Below are positions 59,111 to 64,000 of a DNA stretch of 64,000 nucleotides, in pieces; position 1 is the first letter of the stretch, and each line of letters starts with the position of its first letter. This DNA comes from Tidjanibacter sp. GTDB lineage: Bacteria > Bacteroidota > Bacteroidia > Bacteroidales > Rikenellaceae. The DNA lies in assembly GCA_045656405.1 (NCBI GenBank), contig JAZORC010000002.1, positions 91,572-155,571 on the forward strand, written 5' to 3'. The translations under genes and the position numbers were made by a program. The notes beneath the pieces are model-generated. The model was not told the DNA's origin, made no database searches, and saw only the letters and a list, made by a program, of their open reading frames with translations.

Positions 59111-59308
59111 TGAACAATTGTCTCCTCAAACTTTTCGGGTATTAAAAAAGATACCCGAGGGCAAGTGGAGGGCGGATTGTTGGCCACCGACCGAGGCTTA
59201 CTCAATTTGACTGATTGTTAATAACTTTTTTCCTTGTGAGGGAGTTTGGCGCACGAAATGTGCTATATTTGCGTGAATTTTTGTAAATATGGTATATTAC
59301 GCACGATT

Positions 59309-61741
59309 ATGAATAGAAACAACAAGAATAAAAGTGTAGAATTTGAAATAGGCGTAGGCATAGGTGAGGCCACCGAGGGTATCCATCAGGTAATTCCCAT
59401 TGTGGGTGATGAGGATGAGCTCGGAGAGAGGGTGACTATTCCCTCCGAACTTCCCATCCTTTCGTTGCGCTCTTCGGTGCTCTTCCCCGGGGCCATCACT
59501 CCCATTACGGTGGGTAGGGAGAAGTCCATCAAACTTGTGAGGGATGTGGAGCGCGAGGGTGGTATCTTGGGTGCTGTTTTGCAGCGTGAGGCCGATGTGG
59601 AGAATCCCGCAGCCGACGATATGTACCGTGTGGGTACCGCTGCCAAGATTCTCAAAATTCTCGAAATGCCCAATGGCAACCTTACGGTGATTCTCCACGG
59701 TTTGGAGAAGATTGAGGTTGTGCAATTCCTGCGCTCGGAGCCCTATATGAGGGCGGCAGTGAGTGTGTTGCAGGATGTAGCCCCCGACAAGAACAATGTT
59801 GAGTTTCAGGCTATTGTCGATTCGGTGAAGGATGTGGCATTGGACATCATCTCCATCTCGCCTGGTATTCCCAAAGAGGCAACTTTTGCTATCAAGAATA
59901 TAGACTCCAAGCGTGGAATCATCAACTTCATCTGCTCCAATATGGACTTTACGGATGCCGAGCGTCAGAAACTCTTGGAGGCCCCAGGCTTGTTGGCTCG
60001 CTCGCGTAAGTTGCTCGAATTCCTCATCAATCAGCGCCAACTCGTGGAGCTGAAAAACCAGATTCAGGGCAAGGTAAAGCAGGAGATTGACCAGCAACAG
60101 AAGGAGTATTTCATACAGCAACAGATTCGTACTCTCCAAGATGAACTTGGTCACGACGAACTGAACGATGCGGAGAGGTTGCGCGAGAGGGCTGCCCACA
60201 AGAATTGGAACGACGAGGTGGCGGCTGCTTTCGAGAAGGGTGTGCAGAAATTGGAGCGCCTGAATCCTGCGGTTGCCGAGTACTCGGTGGAGATTAACTA
60301 CCTCGAAACGATGCTCGACCTGCCTTGGAACGACATCACCGAGGATAATATGGACCTTGCGCAGGCACGAGAGAGGCTCGATGCCGACCACTTCGGATTG
60401 GAGGAGGTCAAGGAGCGCATCTTGGAGCACTTGGCGGTGATGAAACTCAAAGGCGACCTCAAATCGCCCATTCTCTGCCTCTATGGCCCTCCCGGAGTGG
60501 GTAAGACCTCGCTCGGTAAGAGTGTGGCCGCGGCTCTTGGTAGGAAGTTTGGCCGTATTTCTCTGGGTGGTCTGCACGATGAGTCGGAGATTCGTGGTCA
60601 CCGCCGTACCTACATTGGTTCGATGCCTGGTCGTATTATCGACACCATCAAGCGTTGTGGTTCGTCCAACCCTGTGATTATCCTCGACGAGGTAGATAAG
60701 GTGAGTCGCTCCAACCACGGTGACCCTTCGAGTGCCCTCTTGGAGGTCTTGGACCCCGAGCAGAACTCCACCTTCCACGACAACTATATCGACATCGACT
60801 ACGACCTCTCGAAGGTGCTCTTTATAGCCACAGCCAACAATGTTGGCAACATCTCGCAGGCCTTGCGTGACCGTATGGAGATGATAAACATTGCGGGCTA
60901 TGTGATGGACGAGAAACTCGAAATTGCCGAGCGACACCTTGTGGGCAAACAGCGTGAGGCTCACGGTATTAAGCCCGAACAGATGACCATCTCGAAGGAT
61001 GTTGTGGCGATGATTATCGACGACTATACTCGCGAGAGTGGTGTGCGCTCCCTGGATAAGCAGATTGCCAAACTCGCCCGCCATCGTGCCAAACAGATTG
61101 GCTTTGGTGAGGAGTTTGTACCCGAGATTAACGCCGAGCAGGCTCGCGAGGTGCTGGGTGCTGCGAAGTTCTCGCGCGAGAGGTACAACATTGGCGGAGT
61201 TGCAGGTGTGGTTACGGGCTTGGCTTGGACCGAGGTCGGTGGCGACATCCTCTACATTGAGTCGCTCCTCACGCCCGGTAAGGGTGCATTGAGCCTTACG
61301 GGCAACTTGGGCGATGTGATGAAGGAGTCGGCAACCATAGCTTGGGAGTGGGTGAAGGCCCACCACGCGGAGCTTGGCATTGAGGCCGAGAAGTTCGAGA
61401 AGCAGGATATCAACATTCACGTTCCCGAGGGTGCGGTGCCCAAGGATGGCCCAAGTGCGGGTATCACAATGGTGACCTCCATTGCTTCGACCTATACGGG
61501 CCGAAGGGTGAAGGAGAACTTGGCGATGACGGGCGAAACCACTTTGCGAGGCAGGGTGTTGCCTGTGGGTGGCATCAAGGAGAAGGTGTTGGCTGCCAAA
61601 CGTGCAGGAATCACCGAGATTATTATGAGCGAGGATAACTGCAAGGATATTTTGGAGATTAAGGCCGACTATCTCGAAGGAGTTACCTTCCACTATGTCA
61701 AGATGGTGGAGGAGGTGCTCGCTATCGCTCTATTGAATTAA
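59309..61741 (+). CDS. lon: ATP-dependent protease La
   Basis: Start taken at MNRNNK; [36 protein letters not shown]; -7 element TATATTTG at 59264-59271. Confidence 0.97.
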   Translation: MNRNNKNKSVEFEIGVGIGEATEGIHQVIPIVGDEDELGERVTIPSELPILSLRSSVLFPGAITPITVGREKSIKLVRDVEREGGILGAVLQREADVENPAADDMYRVGTAAKILKILEMPNGNLTVILHGLEKIEVVQFLRSEPYMRAAVSVLQDVAPDKNNVEFQAIVDSVKDVALDIISISPGIPKEATFAIKNIDSKRGIINFICSNMDFTDAERQKLLEAPGLLARSRKLLEFLINQRQLVELKNQIQGKVKQEIDQQQKEYFIQQQIRTLQDELGHDELNDAERLRERAAHKNWNDEVAAAFEKGVQKLERLNPAVAEYSVEINYLETMLDLPWNDITEDNMDLAQARERLDADHFGLEEVKERILEHLAVMKLKGDLKSPILCLYGPPGVGKTSLGKSVAAALGRKFGRISLGGLHDESEIRGHRRTYIGSMPGRIIDTIKRCGSSNPVIILDEVDKVSRSNHGDPSSALLEVLDPEQNSTFHDNYIDIDYDLSKVLFIATANNVGNISQALRDRMEMINIAGYVMDEKLEIAERHLVGKQREAHGIKPEQMTISKDVVAMIIDDYTRESGVRSLDKQIAKLARHRAKQIGFGEEFVPEINAEQAREVLGAAKFSRERYNIGGVAGVVTGLAWTEVGGDILYIESLLTPGKGALSLTGNLGDVMKESATIAWEWVKAHHAELGIEAEKFEKQDINIHVPEGAVPKDGPSAGITMVTSIASTYTGRRVKENLAMTGETTLRGRVLPVGGIKEKVLAAKRAGITEIIMSEDNCKDILEIKADYLEGVTFHYVKMVEEVLAIALLN

Positions 61742-61770
61742 AAAAAAGAAAATTGAAAATGGAAAATTGC

Positions 61771-61798
61771 GATGCGCTCCCGAACTCGGGAGCGCATC
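61771..61798. terminator. Hairpin after lon
   Basis: GATGCGCTCCCGA-AC-TCGGGAGCGCATC, preceded by AATTGAA AATGGAA AATTGC. Confidence 0.75.
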
Positions 61799-61813
61799 TG
61801 TTTTATAAAAAGT

Positions 61814-61847
61814 TCGCGGGTATCAAAAAAGATACCCGCGAACAAAG
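61814..61847. repeat. Palindromic repeat TCGCGGGTATC-N6-GATACCCGCGAACAAAG
   Basis: Matches 25047-25080. Confidence 0.8.
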
Positions 61848-61898
61848 GTTAAATATATGTACTTGACGACAAGCAGTTGGCGGCTGACGGCCGACACA

Positions 61899-62075
61899 CT
61901 AACTCTCCATATGCATCTCTTCCAAATCTTCGCCCGTGAGGTGGATGATTTCGCCGTTGTGTTCCACGACCAAATCGCCATTCTCCTTGATGGTACGCTC
62001 AATCAGTCGGCGTTGTGCAAGACGCACGCCGTTGTCGATTTTCTCTTGAAGTTGTATCAAATCCATCTCACTCAT
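61899..62075 (-). CDS. Small protein (58 aa) coupled to the zeta-like ATPase; putative antitoxin/partner
   Basis: MSEMDLIQLQEKIDNGVRLAQRRL...; ATGA overlap with the upstream stop. Confidence 0.7.
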   Translation of the reverse strand: MSEMDLIQLQEKIDNGVRLAQRRLIERTIKENGDLVVEHNGEIIHLTGEDLEEMHMES

Positions 62076-62641
62076 AGTTCCATAATTTTTTTGTACGACT
62101 CGGGCTCCAACACATTCCTCACAAGGGTGCCCTGTCCCCACGCCACCTGCTTAACTCCATTGGTGCCACTATTGTCATAGATGGTCCAGAAGTCGCACGC
62201 GGGCATATAGAGAGCCCTGAAATTGCGGATACCGCTGTCGTAACGACGGCGGATGACATCCTCGGGGATGTTGTGCCCACCTTCGGCCACGCGCGTAGCA
62301 ACCCTCTCTATTGCCAATTCGGGCGAGGGGAGCCAGAAGAATAGCAGGGTTACGAAGTAGTTTTTGGCGTGTGCCCTTTCGATGAACTGTGTGTAGGAAC
62401 GCGAGGCGAGTGTGGTTTCGAAGGCGAAATCCTCATCTTGACTCAACAGGTCCTCCATCCTTTGGAGCATAATCCTGCCGGCCTCGATAGCCATACGTTC
62501 CTGATTGAAAGGCGAAAGACCCTTGGCGATTTCGTCGGCATTGACAAACTCGCGACAATCGAGCATTTCGGGCAACATTGTATAGGAGGCTGTGGTTTTT
62601 CCAGCCCCGTTGCACCCTGCTATGATGTAAAGTCTTCGCAT
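62072..62641 (-). CDS. Zeta-toxin family / AAA_33 P-loop protein
   Basis: Start taken at MRRLYIIAGCNGAGKTT; FVNADEIA, FAFETTLA, ERVATRVAEGGHNIPEDVIRRRY. Confidence 0.85.
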   Translation of the reverse strand: MRRLYIIAGCNGAGKTTASYTMLPEMLDCREFVNADEIAKGLSPFNQERMAIEAGRIMLQRMEDLLSQDEDFAFETTLASRSYTQFIERAHAKNYFVTLLFFWLPSPELAIERVATRVAEGGHNIPEDVIRRRYDSGIRNFRALYMPACDFWTIYDNSGTNGVKQVAWGQGTLVRNVLEPESYKKIMEL

Positions 62642-62756
62642 TCTAATTGCAAATATAGAAATTTTTTCTGCAAATCTCGCGCCTAATGCAAAAGAAAAAC
62701 ACCCATTCCTTGCTACGAAGCCAAATGGAATGGGTGTTGTGGGGTTGTTTTGCGCA

Positions 62757-63746
62757 TTAGTGTCTTCTCTGGGCCAGAAAATCACACATCTGTTCGAGCG
62801 AGGTGCGGTAGGGTGAGGTGGGGTAGTTGGCAAGGGCCTCCTTTGCGCGGGCGATGTAGTCGGCCATTATCTCCTCGGCACGCTCTATACCGTTGTATTT
62901 TAGAATCTTGGCCTGAATTTCGGCTATGCTCTCATCATCACCCTTGCCTACCAAACTACGGGTGTAGGCCTCCTCTTCGGCATCCATTCCTACGATTGCT
63001 TCCAAGAGTGGGAGGGTGATTTTGTGCTCTTTCAGGTCGGCACACATAGGTTTGCCCGTCTGGTCGGCCTTGGCGTAGTCGAGGATGTCGTCCTTAATCT
63101 GGAATGCCATACCAATATTTCGCCCAAACTCGTATGCGGCATCCACCTCCTTGGCCGACGCCTTCACCGCCAATGCACCCACGCCACAACTGATGGCCAA
63201 AAGTGATGCGGTCTTTTTGTCGATAATATCGTAGTATTTTTCGTGGGTCATACCGAGCGTTTTGGTCTGCTCGTCCTGAATCACCTCGCCCTCGCAGAGC
63301 CACTTGATGGAGTGAGAAACGTAGGTGAGAATGTCGAACTCCAAACTCTCCATACCAAGCTCAAAGATGCGCGAGAGGATGAAGTCGCCTGTGAGGATGG
63401 CGTTGCGCTTGCCAAACTGCTCATTGACCGACGACTTGCCGTGGCGCATATCTGCACGGTCTATAACATCGTCGTGCACGAGCGAGGCAGTGTGGATGAG
63501 TTCAATGAGCGATGCCGAGAGCAGTACTCGTTTGCCAAAAGCCTTGCCTCCCGAGAGGAGTTTGGCCCACAACATCACGAGCGTTGGGCGCACGCCCTTG
63601 CCACGATTGTCGAATATGTATTTCAGAATATCGTCGAAGTAGCGACTCTCCGAGTGGAGCGCCTCGCGCAAGAACTGCTCATAGGAGGCCATCTCATCCT
63701 TCAAGGGAGCCTTTATAGCTTCGAGTGTTGTAGGTTGTTTTTCCAT
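62757..63746 (-). CDS. Polyprenyl diphosphate synthase (IspB-like)
   Basis: GKGVRP, ELIHTASLVHDDVID (FARM), GMAFQIKDDILD (SARM). Confidence 0.93.
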   Translation of the reverse strand: MEKQPTTLEAIKAPLKDEMASYEQFLREALHSESRYFDDILKYIFDNRGKGVRPTLVMLWAKLLSGGKAFGKRVLLSASLIELIHTASLVHDDVIDRADMRHGKSSVNEQFGKRNAILTGDFILSRIFELGMESLEFDILTYVSHSIKWLCEGEVIQDEQTKTLGMTHEKYYDIIDKKTASLLAISCGVGALAVKASAKEVDAAYEFGRNIGMAFQIKDDILDYAKADQTGKPMCADLKEHKITLPLLEAIVGMDAEEEAYTRSLVGKGDDESIAEIQAKILKYNGIERAEEIMADYIARAKEALANYPTSPYRTSLEQMCDFLAQRRH

Positions 63747-63781
63747 CTCTTTATTTTATGATTTGGGTAGCAAATGCTGTG

Positions 63782-63818
63782 CAAAGATACCGATTAAAAT
63801 TGAGAATTGAGAATTGAA
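63782..63818 (-). promoter_or_regulatory. -7 element (TATCTTTG, 63782-63789) with adjacent AATTGAR x3 array (63798-63818)
   Basis: Seen directly; same geometry as rpmB, tkt and valS. Confidence 0.7.
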
Positions 63819-63853
63819 AACAGAGAAATGTCGGCAAAAAACCGACATTTCTA

Positions 63854-64000
63854 CTAATGTTTCTTCAACTCCATCCACTCATATTCGAGTCCATCACTCA
63901 AAATACGCACACACAAATACTCGGGGTTTTCAACCTCATCGCGAAGTGTGCCCACAATGGTGTAGCGAACACCACCAAAGGTGAGGTCTTCGCGATGGTG
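63854..64000 (-). CDS. C-terminal fragment of a CDS, possibly a metallophosphoesterase
   Basis: Open frame HHREDLTFGGVRYTIVGT...MELKKH*; the H-x-H...GV.Y pattern is only suggestive. Confidence 0.4.
   Translation of the reverse strand, partial: HHREDLTFGGVRYTIVGTLRDEVENPEYLCVRILSDGLEYEWMELKKH

Noticed and set aside
59244-59266. CIRCE element upstream of lon (GCAC-N5-GTGC)
   Set aside because: Arms are too short and the spacing is wrong for TTAGCACTC-N9-GAGTGCTAA.

Overview
A 64-kb chromosomal segment from a Bacteroidota bacterium. TAnnTTTG -7 promoters, SusC/SusD and the rpmB-rpmG-DUF4295 order support the phylum; Rikenellaceae/Alistipes-like is an inference. It is mostly core genes: hut histidine catabolism, tkt, tig-clpP-clpX, a GntR/ABC operon, pssA/cdsA/psd, manC-murF, oxyR, rsfS, ftsH, dfx, tRNA-CAT, msbA-like ABC, trpS, ClC, valS, lon and a polyprenyl synthetase. 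Accessory genes are a collagen/BspA lipoprotein, an orphan RagAB-like SusCD, a 1234-aa WG-repeat protein and a zeta-like ATPase/small-protein pair. No CRISPR, prophage, integrase or DDE transposase was seen. The most unusual signals are non-coding. (1) A DUF559 endonuclease gene is enclosed by 48-bp hairpin-containing inverted repeats. (2) AATTGAR heptamer arrays sit 7-8 nt from the -7 element of four housekeeping promoters, and other 7-bp and 9-bp periodic tracts start at stop codons with consistent polarity. (3) A dispersed hairpin element occurs twice with a conserved core but completely exchanged, still-pairing outer stems; the copy in the valS leader is bracketed by a 34-bp direct repeat. 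All calls come from reading the sequence; no database searches were run.
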